From Bilabrum cf. latius (Eukaryota): DNA of 64,000 bases. The DNA lies in contig OZ237770.1 of the NCBI GenBank assembly GCA_965178125.1, forward strand, positions 62,001 to 126,000. The letters run 5' to 3'. This document shows positions 51,427-63,602 of this stretch, piece by piece (within the stretch, counting starts at the first letter, position 1; each line of letters begins with the position of its first letter). A model generated the notes under the pieces. The model searched no databases. It saw only the letters and a program-made list of their open reading frames with translations, and was not told where the DNA came from. The position numbers were made by a program, and so were the translations under genes.

Positions 51427-53183
51427 ATGGCATTAGCGGATACATTCCGATCAGTCAGCACGGATATATTGCTGTTTGGTGATATTTATTCGGTGCTCTG
51501 TGTCAAACCTCTCGGATCCTAGCTAGTATTTGGAGCTCTTGGGTATCCCGGCTAGAAAAATTGCCGCATGTTCACTGGTACGGAATGCGTTCCAGCAAAC
51601 AGAGGAGGCCAGCGCAATCTTGACAAATTGATACATTTATCAAGCCGCCTGAAAGGCGCGCCTCACATTTGCAAGCCATCCGTGAGACAGCCATTGGCTC
51701 CTAATATTCTTGAAGCCACCGAGTGACATAGCAATGATACATAAGTCGCCTTTCCAAGCCTCCCTGTCCGTAAATTTCGATGTTTTAGGACATCCTGGTA
51801 AAGCATACCACAAGGAGCGGCAGACGCATCGCCATGGTGCCATACGAGCCGACCCAGCAGCCAAGCGCGTTCGACATAGTGTCTGCGTTGGGCGGCCTTG
51901 GCACATCTGGCCTTGTGACACACATTGCCAGGCAAGTCATTCTTGGATTGCAAGCATTACAACGAGCGGATGTAGCGCATCGGGACATTAAGCTGCAGAA
52001 CGTGCGGCTGAACCTGGACTATGACTGCGTGCTTGGTGGATTGGAGTATGCTGAACCAACACACGACAGTGGTCATCGGCCGCGAGTGACAAAGAATCCA
52101 GGCGGCACTAAGACATCGAGTCCTCCAGAGTTCTCAGATGGCCAGGCGCACTCGCCGGTGGTGGCAGACATGTGGGCCTTCGGTATCCTGCTCTTCGCTC
52201 TTGCGGTCGGTCGGCCGCCGTTCCGGGTCCCTGATCCGGAGCGTGACGATTGGTACAAACTGTACACGCACAAAGACAAGGTGGTGCGTGACTAGTTTTG
52301 GTCCCGGCACATGAAGGCATCCCGCATCAAGATTGACGCGCACGCGGCCCAGTTCCGCAGCTTGACCGAGGGACTGCTCAACCCGGACCCGATGCGACGA
52401 CTATAGCTGCAGGCGGTGATGAAGCATCCATGGGTGTGCGCGACGTGTCCCAGCCAGAAGATATGCCGGGGGCTGCTGACGGCGATGTGCGAAACGGTAT
52501 TGAGCGTGCGGGAAAGCCAGATGCTCAGTGTTCGACCTTTAGGTCTTGACGGGTACACAGGGATGCTGAGAGTTCATGGAACGACATAGAAACCGGGAGC
52601 ACAGCTGGGCAGATCGGGAACCCGAGGTGAAGTTGGTGCAGGAAGGCCTGCAGAAGGCCTAACGAAGGCAAGTCGCAGCGTAACGAACCATAAAAAACCG
52701 TCGCATCTGTCATGTGGTCTGGATGGCAGCGCCTGCGAGGCGGAAGGACGCGGGACTGAGAGATCTACCCGTATCCGTGGATCTACAGATGGTGCGGCTG
52801 CCTCTACACGTGCGGGTACAGATGGTGCGGCTGCCTCTACACGTGCGGGTACAGATGGTGCGGCTGCCTCTACACGTGCGGGTACAGATGGTGCGGCTGC
52901 CTCTACACGTGCGGGTACAGATGGTGCGGCTGCCTCCACACGTGCGGGTACAGATGGTGCGGCTGCCTCCACACGTGCGGGTACAGATGGTGCGGCTGCC
53001 TCTGGCGGTGCTGCATCTTCAGGTAGCGCTGGCTACCACCAGTCACGAACAGAGGGACAAGGGGCCGGAAGCGGCAACGGTCCCGGCAGTAGCTGGATAC
53101 AGTCTATGCAAGGCCTTGGAAGACATGATAGCGATGAGGAGTGTGATAGTCCGAAGGATTATACCCATTGGCTGGACATGTGA
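51427..53183 (+). CDS. Kinase-like paralogue 2; intron 51682-51788
   Basis: HRDIKLQN, GTKTSSPPE, ADMWAFG and KHPWVC. Five TAGs; stop TGA. Confidence 0.8.
52784..53002 (+). repeat. 33-bp coding tandem repeat, about 6.5 copies (TDGAAASTRAG)
   Basis: Directly visible. Confidence 0.93.
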
Positions 53184-53650
53184 ATAGTTTAGGCCAAGGC
53201 AACGTGAGTCATACGTGTAGCCTCTAGAGGAACCGGCGTTCGTGATGCTGGTGAAGTACCAAGGCAGCACTGCCTGGGACATATGGATCTATACTACGCG
53301 CGCGAGAAACCGGTTTGACCGTAGCCTCGCTGTGCTCAATAGCCTCACTCGTACTTGCTATCATGCGGTCGTGCACATTTCCGCCATACCATCACTCGAT
53401 TGGATTGTGTCGAGCCAGGCAGCCGCGATTGCGTTTAGGATGGACAGTATATGCAAGGCCGCAGTGGGTTGGGGTAGAGGCGAGTATTGGCAATGGGCAT
53501 GGATGGATGGACAGGCATATGGTCACATGCTGGTGAGTAAACTTGGACGTCAGGGTTGAAGCGACGGGGAGCAGAGGGGATCTAGACATTGACATAGGCA
53601 CCGATGGACATGAGGTGGAGAAGGACAACAGGCAGACACCAGCCCAGGCG

Positions 53651-53736
53651 ACGATAGTGCGGTGTCAATGGGAGAACACAGCGCGGGCTGCACGGCCAGC
53701 AGCACGCAGAAGAGGCCAGTAGGCGGATGGATGGAT
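53651..53736 (-). repeat. Dispersed repeat, inverted homologue of 61684-61814
   Basis: Its reverse complement shares ttgacaccgcactatcgt and ggcc.tgcagcccg with 61684-61814. Confidence 0.75.
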
Positions 53737-54511
53737 GGGAAGTATTGCAGGCCATTAAAGGTGCAAGCCCCTCGTTGGTGAGGCCAGCAAGGTCTCTGAG
53801 ATTGAGGTCGCTCGGTGGGCGCAGGGCCCGCTCGAGGTGCAGGAGCAGATGCGACGTAGCGATGCGGAGGAGTGAGAGAGAGAGCGGCTAGGGAGGGGAG
53901 GTGCAGGGGTGGGGTGGGGTGGCGAATGGGGTGGGATGGGCGAATGGAAGGGGTTGCGGAGGGCAGAGCGGAGGGAGAGGGACGACGGTTCACCGGAAAG
54001 GGGGAGGAAGTAGTGAGGAGAAGATGATTGGTGGGATCGGGTTGATGCGGCGGATTGGAAGGGGGAGGCACATGCCGGGGAAGTGGGGGATTTGGGCATG
54101 TGTGTGACGAGTGACTCGGATCAGGGGGATCGGATCACCCGACCATATGCGGATGTGGAAGTTGAGAGGTCACAATTAAACTCGAGCGGCAATCAAGCCG
54201 CGTGCTATTCGGGAGCTGAGGGGCAGTGCTCGCCAGACTTCTTTTGGTAGATCAACAGACGCAGCCCAGGGCGCTCTTTCTTCATGGGGCTGTATTTTGC
54301 CGTACATATGTTTACACTGATTTCTTTATTTTCACTGACTCTATATTGTTGTTTTCCCCCCACTACGGGCACCTTGGTAGTCTAGCTCCTATGCTCAGTA
54401 GCACTCCACGTAATTCTATCCAGGATCCGGATCCTACTACTAGTAGTAGTAGCACTAGGGATGCAGTAGGCACACTCCAGCCAGTTTTTCCTGGTTGGCT
54501 CTATTTGAACC

Positions 54512-57119
54512 ATGGCAGCAATGCATGCTTTTCGATCCATCTGTTCTGATATAAATGTATCTGGTCAAACCTACTCGGTACTTCGTGTCCGTCCTCTCGG
54601 TTCCCAGCTGCCAGTGGTAGTTGGAGCTCTTGGGAGTCCAGGATAGTATATTGTTCGTGTATTTACTGGCACGGAATGCGCCCCGGCGTACAAAAAGGGG
54701 CGATGGAAACTTGATAAATTAATTCGCTTATCAAGCTACCTGAAAGCCGTGCCTCACATTTGCAAGCCATCCGTGAGACAGGCGCAAGATGCGGCATTTG
54801 GATTGATCATGCCAACATGCGCCCGCAGAATTCTGCAATATGTTTGCCGAATGATTCATACTGCAGAAACATTTGGTGAAACACGAGACAAGGAGCGGCA
54901 GACATATCGCCATGGTGCCATACGAACCGACCAGGCAGCCAAGTGTCTTCGACATAGTATCTGCTTTGGGTGGCCTTGGCACATCTGGCCCAGTGACACA
55001 CATTGCCAGGCAAGTCATTCTTGGATTGCAAGCATTACAACGAGCGGATGTAGCGCATCGGGACATTAAGCTGCAGAACGTGCGGCTGAACCTGGACTAT
55101 GACTGCGTGCTTGGTGGATTGGAGTATGCTGAACCAACACACGACAGTAGTCGGTAGCCGCGAGTGACAAAGAACCCAGGTGGCACCAAAACATCGAGTC
55201 CTCCAGAGTTCTCAGATGGCCAGGCGCACTCGCCCGTGGTGGCTGACATGTGGGCCTTTGGAATGCTCCTCTTCACGCTTGCTGTCGGTCGGCCGCCGTT
55301 CCGGTTCCCTGATCCCGAGCGCGACGATTGGTACAAACTCTACACGCACAAAGACAAGGTGGTGCGTGACTAGTTTTGGTCCCGGCACATGAAGGCGTCC
55401 CGCATCAAGATGGACGCGCACGCGGCCCAGTTCCGCAGCCTGATCGAGGGACTTTTGGATCCATGCCCGATGCGACGACTACAGCTTAAGTCGATGATGA
55501 AGCATCCGTGGGTGTGCACGGCATGTCCCAGCCAGGAGATATGCCGGGGGCTGCTGGCGGCGATGTGTGATAGGGTCTCGAGCATGCGAGAGCGTAGTCA
55601 GAGGCGGGGGATGAGAGGAGGAATGGACCCCGAGATGGGAATGGTAGATGCCAAACAGAAGTTGCGTGATGGAGCTGCTGGTACGGGTAATGCTAACCAC
55701 AAGGGCACTGCAGCTGTTCGCCATGATAAGGGTGTTGCTGATGGCCATGGCAAGTTCGCTGGTGTTGGTCTTGGCCATGGCAAGGGTGGTGCTGATGGCC
55801 ATGGCAAGGTCGCTGGTGTTGGTGATGGCCATGGCAAGGGTGGAGCTGATGGCCATGGCAAGGTCGCTGGTGTTGGTGATGGCCATGGCAAGGGTGGAGC
55901 TGATGGCCATGACAAGGTCGCTGGTGTTGGTGATGGCCATGGCAAGGGTGGTGCTGATGGCCATGACAAGGTCGCTGGTGTTGGTCTTGGCCACGGCAAG
56001 GGTGGAGCTGATGGCCATGGCAAGGTCGCTGGTGTTGGTGATGGCCACGGCAAGGGTGGTGCTGATGGCCATGGCAAGGTCGCTGGTGTTGGTGATGGCC
56101 ATGGCAAGGGTGGTGCTGATGGCCATGGCAAGGTCGCTGGTGTTGGTGATGGCCACGGCAAGGGTGGAGCTGATGGCCATGGCAAGGTCGCTGGTGTTGG
56201 TGATGGAGACGGCAAGGGTGGTGCTGATGGCCATGACAAGGTCGCTGGTGTTGGTGATGGCCATGGCAAGGGTGGTGCTGATGGCCATGACAAGGTCGCT
56301 GGTGTTGGTGATGGCCATGGCAAGGGTGGTGCTGATGGCCATGACAAGGTCGCTGGTGTTGGTGATGGCCACGGCAAGGGTGGTGCTGATGGCCATGACA
56401 AGGTCGCTGGTGTTGGTGATGGCCACGGCAAGGGTGGTGCTGATGGCCATGGCAAGGTCGCTGGTGTTGGTGATGGCCATGGCAAGGGTGGAGCTGATGG
56501 CCATGGCAAGGTCGCTGGTGTTGGTGATGGCCACGGCAAGGGTGGTGCTGATGGCCATGACAAGGTCGCTGGTGTTGGTGATGGCCATGGCAAGGGTGGT
56601 GCTGATGGCCATGACAAGGTCGCTGGTGTTGGTGATGGCGACGGCAAGGGTGGTGCTGATGGCCATGGCAAGGTCGCTGGTGTTGGTCTTGGCCACGGCA
56701 AGGGTGGAGCTGATGGCCATGGCAAGGTCGCTGGTGTTGGTCTTGGCGACGGCAAGGGTGGTGCTGATGGCCATGACAAGGTCGCTGGTGTTGGTGATGG
56801 CCATGGCAAGGGTGGTGCTGATGGCCATGGCAAGGTCGCTGGTGTTGGTGATGGCCATGGCAAGGGTGGTGCTGATGGCCATGGCAAGGTCGCTGGTGTT
56901 GGTCTTGGCCACGGCAAGGGTGGAGCTGATGGCCATGACAAGGTCGCTGGTGTTGGTGATGGCGACGGCAAGGGTGGTGCTGATGGCCATGACAAGGTCG
57001 CTGGTGTTGGTGATGGCCCTGGCCAGGGTGGAGCTGATGGCCATGTGAAGGTCGCTAGTGTTGGTATTGGCCATGGCAAGGTCGCTGGTGTTGTACTTGG
57101 ACCCACGGGCATGCCGTGA
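54512..57119 (+). CDS. Kinase-like paralogue 3 with Gly/His-rich repeat tail; intron 54773-54866
   Basis: Same motifs and intron position as paralogue 2. TAGs at 54644, 55155 and 55371; stop TGA. Confidence 0.82.
55740..57090 (+). repeat. 54-bp coding tandem repeat, about 25 copies (DGHGKVAGVGDGHGKGGA)
   Basis: Directly visible. Confidence 0.95.
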
Positions 57120-57994
57120 CTTTGGCAAGATTGGGTTGATTGGGGCAGGGATTGGTGCTGACGCTAGTAGAGCCGGTGTTGGCGCTGGTACAGCCGGTGC
57201 TGGCGCTAGTGCTGGTGCAGATGAATCAGTGTTGATGCAGATGAGCCTAGCGTTGCGGTTGGTCCATGCGCTAGCTGTGAAACTGAAGGCACGCAGATAA
57301 CCAGGTTTGGTACCTATGAGTCAGGTAGGGCAGGCTCTAGGGCAGGCAACGGAGCTGGTTTTCGCTGATACAATGACCTACTGTTCGAACATCTGGTGAA
57401 ACTGGGCGAGGGAGCAGCCGGACCAAACTTGTCACAGGTTGATCATGTTATCTGAGAGTACGAGGCCTGAGATGCAGGAATCGAGCGCCCCGTTGGATCC
57501 GGATTGTAGGTAGACGACTGTGCACTGACCATCCGTATCAGATCCGGATTCCGGATGCCGCTCGACGTTTTGGTGGCTGCTGTATTGGTCTACATAGTGG
57601 TATTAAGGAGACAGAGTCTGATTCGTTGTTGACGTCAAATGAGATGATAAGCGTCTGTGCGATGAGGATGGCTCTGCGAAGAAGGAAAACGCGGCAACAC
57701 CTTGTCCGTCGAGGAATTGTAGCGTTAGACATCGTAATTCTGAAGAGGCAGGCCACGAAGAGTGGAAGTTGGCGTTCCTCCAGTCAATCGCCTCCATTCG
57801 AGGTGGAAGAGATAATGACTGATATCATCTTAATTTTTTTCCCAGCCCGTTCGGGCCCGGAGAATTCGTCGTGTGTTTCCGCTGGTGGACGAATCCATCG
57901 GTTTCAATAGCACTAGGATTCATACGGAAATCGAAATACGGAAGGAGTAGCACTACAACCGGACCAATCATTCCTATTTCCCTCTGCTTGAGCC

Positions 57995-59568
57995 ATGGCA
58001 ATCACGGACGCATTTCGATCGGTAAACACGGATATTATTTTATCTGGTGATACCTGTTCGGTGCTCCACGTGAAACCTCTCGGCTCGCAGCTGGTGGTAG
58101 GAGCACTCGGGTATCCCGGGTAGAAGAATATCCGTTTGTTTACCGGCACGGAATGCGTCCCGGAATGCAAAGGGGGGCAGCGTAATCTTGATAAATTAAT
58201 ACATTTATCAAGTCGCTTGCAAGGCGCACATCACATCTGTAAACCATCCGTGAGAGACCCAAATACATTTTCGCAGTCGGTTTGGTCACCTGCTTAGGCG
58301 CAGTCTCTTCGTCTTATGTACCTGATCTGTCTATTTTGCAGAAGACTGTCGAAAAGCATACCACAGAGAGTGGTAGACGAATAGCCATGGTCCTATACGA
58401 GCCAATCCAGCAGCCAAGCGTGTTCGACATAGTATCTGCTTTGGGTGGCCTTGGCACATCTGGCCTTGTGACACACATTGCCAGGCAAGTCATTCTTGGA
58501 TTGCAAGCATTACAACGAGCGGATGTAGCGCATCGGGATATTAAGCTGCAGAACGTGCGGCTGAACCTGGACTATGACTGCGCGCTTGGTGGATTGGAGT
58601 ATGCTGAACCAACACACGACAGTAGTCGGTAGCCGCGAGTGACAAAGAACCCAGGTGGCACCAAGACATCGAGTCCTCCAGAGTTCTCAGATGGCCAGGC
58701 GTACTCGCCCGTGGTGGCTGACATGTGGGCCTTTGGAATCCTGCTCTTCACTCTAGCGGTCGGCAGGCCGCCGTTCCGGGTCCCTGATCCCGAGCGTGAC
58801 GAGTGGTACAAACTCTACACGCACAAAGACAAGGTGGTCCGTGACTAGTTTTGGTCCCGGCACATGAAGGCATCCCGCATCAAGATAGACGCTCATGCGG
58901 CCCGATTCAGAGACCTGATCGAGGGACTCGTGTTGCCCGACCACAAGCGACGACTACAGCTGCAAGCAGTGATGAAGCATCCATGGGTGTGCACGACGTG
59001 TCCCAGCCTGGAGATCTGCCGGGGGTTGCTGACGGCGATGTGCGATAGGGTCTCGAGCATGCGAGAGCGTAGTCAGAGGCGGGGGATGAGAGGAGGAATG
59101 GACCCCGAGATGGGAGCGGCAGATGCTGGTAAGGGTGATACCGATCATGATGGTGCTGCTGGTGGCCATAAGGGCGATAGGGTATCAAGTGTGCGAGAGA
59201 GTCGTCAGAGGCGGGGGATGAGAGGAGGAATGGACCCTGAGATGGGAGTGGTAGATGCTGGTAAGGGTGATACCGATCATGATGGTGCTGCTGGTGGCCA
59301 TAAGGGCGATAGGGTATCAAGTGTGCGAGAGAGTCGTCAGAGGCGGGGGATGAGAGGAGGAATGGACCCTGAGATGGGAGTGGTAGATGCTGGTAAGGGT
59401 GATACCGATCATGATGGTGCTGCTGGTGGCCATGATAAGGGCATTCCTGCTGGTGGCCATGATTAGGGCATTGCTGATGGCCATGGCAAGGGTGGCCCTG
59501 GTGGTCTTGGCAAGGGTGGCCCTGGTGGTCTTGGCAAGAAGGCTGCTGCTGGAAATGGTCCGAAATAA
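57995..59568 (+). CDS. Kinase-like paralogue 4; intron 58250-58341
   Basis: Same motifs and intron. TAGs at 58121, 58630, 58846 and 59464; stop TAA. Confidence 0.82.
59044..59433 (+). repeat. 132-bp coding tandem repeat x3
   Basis: Units start at 59044, 59176 and 59308. Confidence 0.92.
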
Positions 59569-60529
59569 GGCATGCCGCTGGGGTACGTCACGATGGTGAT
59601 GCTTGCGGTACAAGTTGCGCAGTTGGGCCGCTAGCGCGACACGTATTGTCGCCTGCCTGCCTGCCTGCATGCAGGGTGCGCGCATGCCCCTCTGGCCTGA
59701 AATTCGAGCTGGCCCACGCATTCTCCGCGGGGAGTGGACTGCTTCACATTAGTGCCAACGGCCGCGTGCAGCGCCCTTACAGCTGTGCTGGTTTGGGCGA
59801 CTTCAAGCAGCGACGCGGAGTTAGCGTGAGACCAGGTGGTGTGGTGGCGACTTGAGTCCATGCATCTACGATATAGTATCCAGTAGAGCGAGTAACAGAT
59901 GTGGACTGGCCATGTTTGCGCCAGTCAGGGTCACTTAGTGGAACGTCATGCAGAAAACTAGCCTGCGGTCATGCGTTCAGTTGTTGATGGGGGCGACGGG
60001 GTGCGGGCCAGGTTAAGCGAGTCTTCCGCGAGTCCTAGAGCCTGCCACCGAGGACAGCAAGTGCGGCTGGTTCTTACAGCTGAAGCGCCTCGGGAACTCC
60101 ATCCACATTCCCTGCCTGCCACGGGGTTCGGTCATGATCCAAGGTCGAGGGCCCAAGGGGGCTCTTTGCAGGGCGGTACCAGCCAGGTGAGCACAGCACA
60201 GCACAGTCTAGCACACGGACGGACGCATCGAGTGAGTATCGGATCGAGTGGGTGAGTAGCTGTTTGACTGCAGCTAGTGAGGATGGGGGACAGGAAGCTA
60301 GGAAGCTAGGGTTCGAGGACAATCCATTCAGTGCATCGCGGGGGTGACAGCAGGCCGATAGCAGTCTATCCAGGATACGATTTGTAACGCAGCAGTTGTG
60401 TGTCAGCATCGCCAGACTCTTAGGTAAAGAGTGACTTGTCGTGGACCCCTGCAACGGCGGCACGTGTCTAGGATCTCTGCCTTTGTTTCGGCAGATTTCC
60501 ACCGTACGTTTGTTCTTGGCTGTCGGCGG

Positions 60530-60693
60530 TATGAAGAGCATCGGGCGAACATCTCTAGAGGGCTCTGCTCACAGCGAGGCCATGGAGATGTATGAGCAAT
60601 GCAGGCAGATCGAGGAGACCGCGCTTGGCAAGCAGCATCCCTCATACGCAAGTATGCTGGGCATCATGGCTGCATTCCTTGCTCCGCATGTAA
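60530..60693 (+). pseudogene. Isolated TPR repeat fragment (kinesin-light-chain-like)
   Basis: HSEAMEMYEQCRQIEETALGKQHPSYASML matches the EA..YE..L.I....LG..HP..A pattern. Confidence 0.55.
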
Positions 60694-62134
60694 ATGCACA
60701 CTTTGTGGGTGGGTGTATGATACTAGATCTAGTGCACAGTGACAGTGCAGCGTCAGTTGGCCACAAGCAGTTAGCCACACATACTGGGGAACTGTTTGCA
60801 TCGAATCGTGGACGGTGATGGGGCTGGTGTGGGTGGCCTAGCAGCTGGATGCGATGCGCTGGCGTCGCTTGGCCAGAGCAGGGCACCACTCGTCCTGGGC
60901 CTGCTACCGGTCAGTGGGAGAGTGCTTGGGCATGGAGGGCAGGGCAGCAATGGGGAGTTTCACCGTGCCGGGTTGGATTGATGCAGACTGACATCGTCAG
61001 GAAGAGGATGCAGTAAAGTGTAGTAGGTCGGTGGTTGGTGAGAATCACGTGCTAGTCCTTGCTGCTGGCTTCCAGGCCAGCGCTTGAAATGCTCATCTTG
61101 GGACACCGCGAGGGGGGCGTCGACTGTGTCAAATTTGCTCTTCGAGGCAGCGTTGAGGACTGGCCTGCTTGTGCACGGCACAGAGTGATGGATGGGGAAT
61201 GGAGTAGTCGGAGCAGTGCTCGCGAGTCACCATAATGGGTGAGTGCCCGCCTTCTGGGGCATCTGCGGAACTGTGGCGTGAATGCACAGGGGTTGATGTT
61301 TACGATGGTTTGCTTATTTGAGCCGGACAGGATGTTGTTACTAATGAGCACGAAGTACTCCAAGCTGTTCCCAGCACCCAAGGGCTTCACCTCGAACTAC
61401 TGGTCTTCTCCTAGCCCACATCTGGATCAATGCAGTATTGAATCTAGTGTACTTCTGATTCAACAAACCACTTTCCCCGTGCACTTCGATTGGCCTCGTC
61501 TATCCGGGATCTGGATGTTCGGCTCCACGTCTATCCGGAATCTGGATGTGCGGCTCCACGTTCCCGTTCCTGTTCCGAACGAGAACGTGGCTGCTCCCCG
61601 CCCTGCTCCCTGCATTGCCACCTTGGTCCCATCCCCTCAGCTTCCATGTTCAAGTCCTGGCCGGCCTGCCATGCGCCCCATATATCCACCCTCCTGTTGG
61701 CCCTCTGCGCACTGTTGGCCATGCAGCCCGCTGCCACTCGCGTCTCCCTTGTGCCTGGCACCTGGAGCCCCCCTTCCTCCCGTTGTGTTCTTCCCGTTGA
61801 CACCGCACTATCGTTGCTTTCTCCGGTGTCTTGTTTTTGTTCTTCTCCACTTCCTGTTCGCCTACGCCCATCCCGACTTCCAGCGCATCTCGGTTCCCCT
61901 TCGCTTCAATCCATGACCACGTCCGCACCCGCCGCCCAGCCCCCCTCGAAGAACGCGACAGATTTGATCCCCTGTCCCCGATCGTGTTGATGCCCATTGG
62001 ATTTAAGTGCGGAGCGACATTCGGAAGTGCAGTTAGGCTGCACATGGGGTGGCTGGAAATGCGTGGAATGAACGGAAACCGGAACTGACACATGGACAAA
62101 GCCTGATGAATCAAATTGCCTCACTTTGAAACGA

Positions 62135-63379
62135 ATGCCAGTTGAATTCGCGAATCAAGCTGACATCTATGCGTCAAAGAGTCCCATTTGGGATGGCTCT
62201 GGCGGAATACGTGCAGAAATGGTACAGGATATACAGCACAAGTCTCGCGACCTATTTACAGGACACATTCCAGCATGTGGAGAGAAGTGGCACCAAGAAA
62301 TCCTTGTTGCCACTGGAGATGCCGTAATTACTGCTGTGAAAAGGCGCATGATTGCTGTCAGACTTGGATAGCATGCCAATATCTAGCAAACCACTGTAAG
62401 GTAGTCTGGCCAAATCCGTTTCGCTACGTGTAAGTCCCGTTCACTATGCGTGCGTGCAGCGACAAGTACTTACTTATTAATTTTGCAGGGCTATTGTCTC
62501 GAGTACAAGGGAAAGCCAGCGAAGGTAGTCGTATTTGCTCCAGAACGTAAAACAGACCTGTTCTCGTTGGTGAGCAAATGTGGGGGCTTTGGTACTGTAG
62601 GTGTTTCAATTCATGTAGCACGAGAAATCATCCTTGCGCTTGATCATGTGAATAGGCGTCAGATTGCGCACCGTGACATCAAGCTGGAGAGCATCGCATT
62701 GGGTGAAGCAGGAAATATTGTGCTGAGCAATTTCATTTACAGCATTCCAACCCATGATGGCAAAATGTGCCCGCTCACCACGAAGCTGAGGAGCGGAACT
62801 AAGGCCTATGCAGCGCCCGAATCTCTAGCGGGGGCGGCGCACAACCCAGTGACGGCCGACATGTGGAGCCTGGGAATGCTGCTATTCTGCCTGGTCATGG
62901 GGAGGCCGCCTTGCCGCGTGGCCGACGATTCGGACAAGTGGTTCCGCGTGCTGAAGCGCAAGAACAAGAGGGAGATGGACGAGTTCTGGACTAAGCACAT
63001 GCGGGCCTCTAGAATCAAAATCGACGCGCACGCCGTGCACTTCCGGTCACTGATCGAAGGGCTGCTGGAAGTAAACCCCCTGCGTCGCTTGCAGATGCAG
63101 GCTGTCAAGAAGCACCCGTGGGTGTGCACGGTGTGTCCGCCGATCGACACGTGCAGGGGCATGATCGTTAAGATGGCAGAGAGAATCGAGCGACGGCGCA
63201 GCAGTGCTCCAAAGAAGCCAGCAGCAGCGCCCAAGCAGGGAGGCGTGGGCATCGCCGCCCCTCGAGAGGGCGGACAGAAGCGGGTGGTAGTGACAAAGGC
63301 TGCCACTTCAGGGCAATGCGGCCGGCCCCCTCATATAACGGTGGCACGAAAGGTAAAACAGCCGGCCATGGCCCAATAA
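62135..63379 (+). CDS. Kinase-like paralogue 5; intron 62396-62488
   Basis: HRDIKLES, GTKAYAAPE, ADMWSLG and KHPWVC, with DFG replaced by NFI. Intron at the homologous position. TAGs at 62369 and 62384; stop TAA. Confidence 0.85.
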
Positions 63380-63602
63380 TGCAGAGAGAGTGGAGGAGGA
63401 AAGGGGAGGGGGCACAGCCGGGATTGCCTGCGTGCTGCCACCCTGCAGGTGGCGGCGAGACCAGGCATGACTGCAGCAGGCGGGGTTGCCAAACTCAGGC
63501 CCTATTTGTAATGTTGAGCTTAAGAGATGTGCATTGCGACGAATTCGGCTGGTGCATGTACCCGGATGGGTGTCAAAACCTAAAAGCTAGATCCGCATAC
63601 CC

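Noticed and set aside
472-57090. CRISPR arrays at the long repeats
   Set aside because: The units are contiguous with no unique spacers, have lengths divisible by 3 and lie in coding frames.
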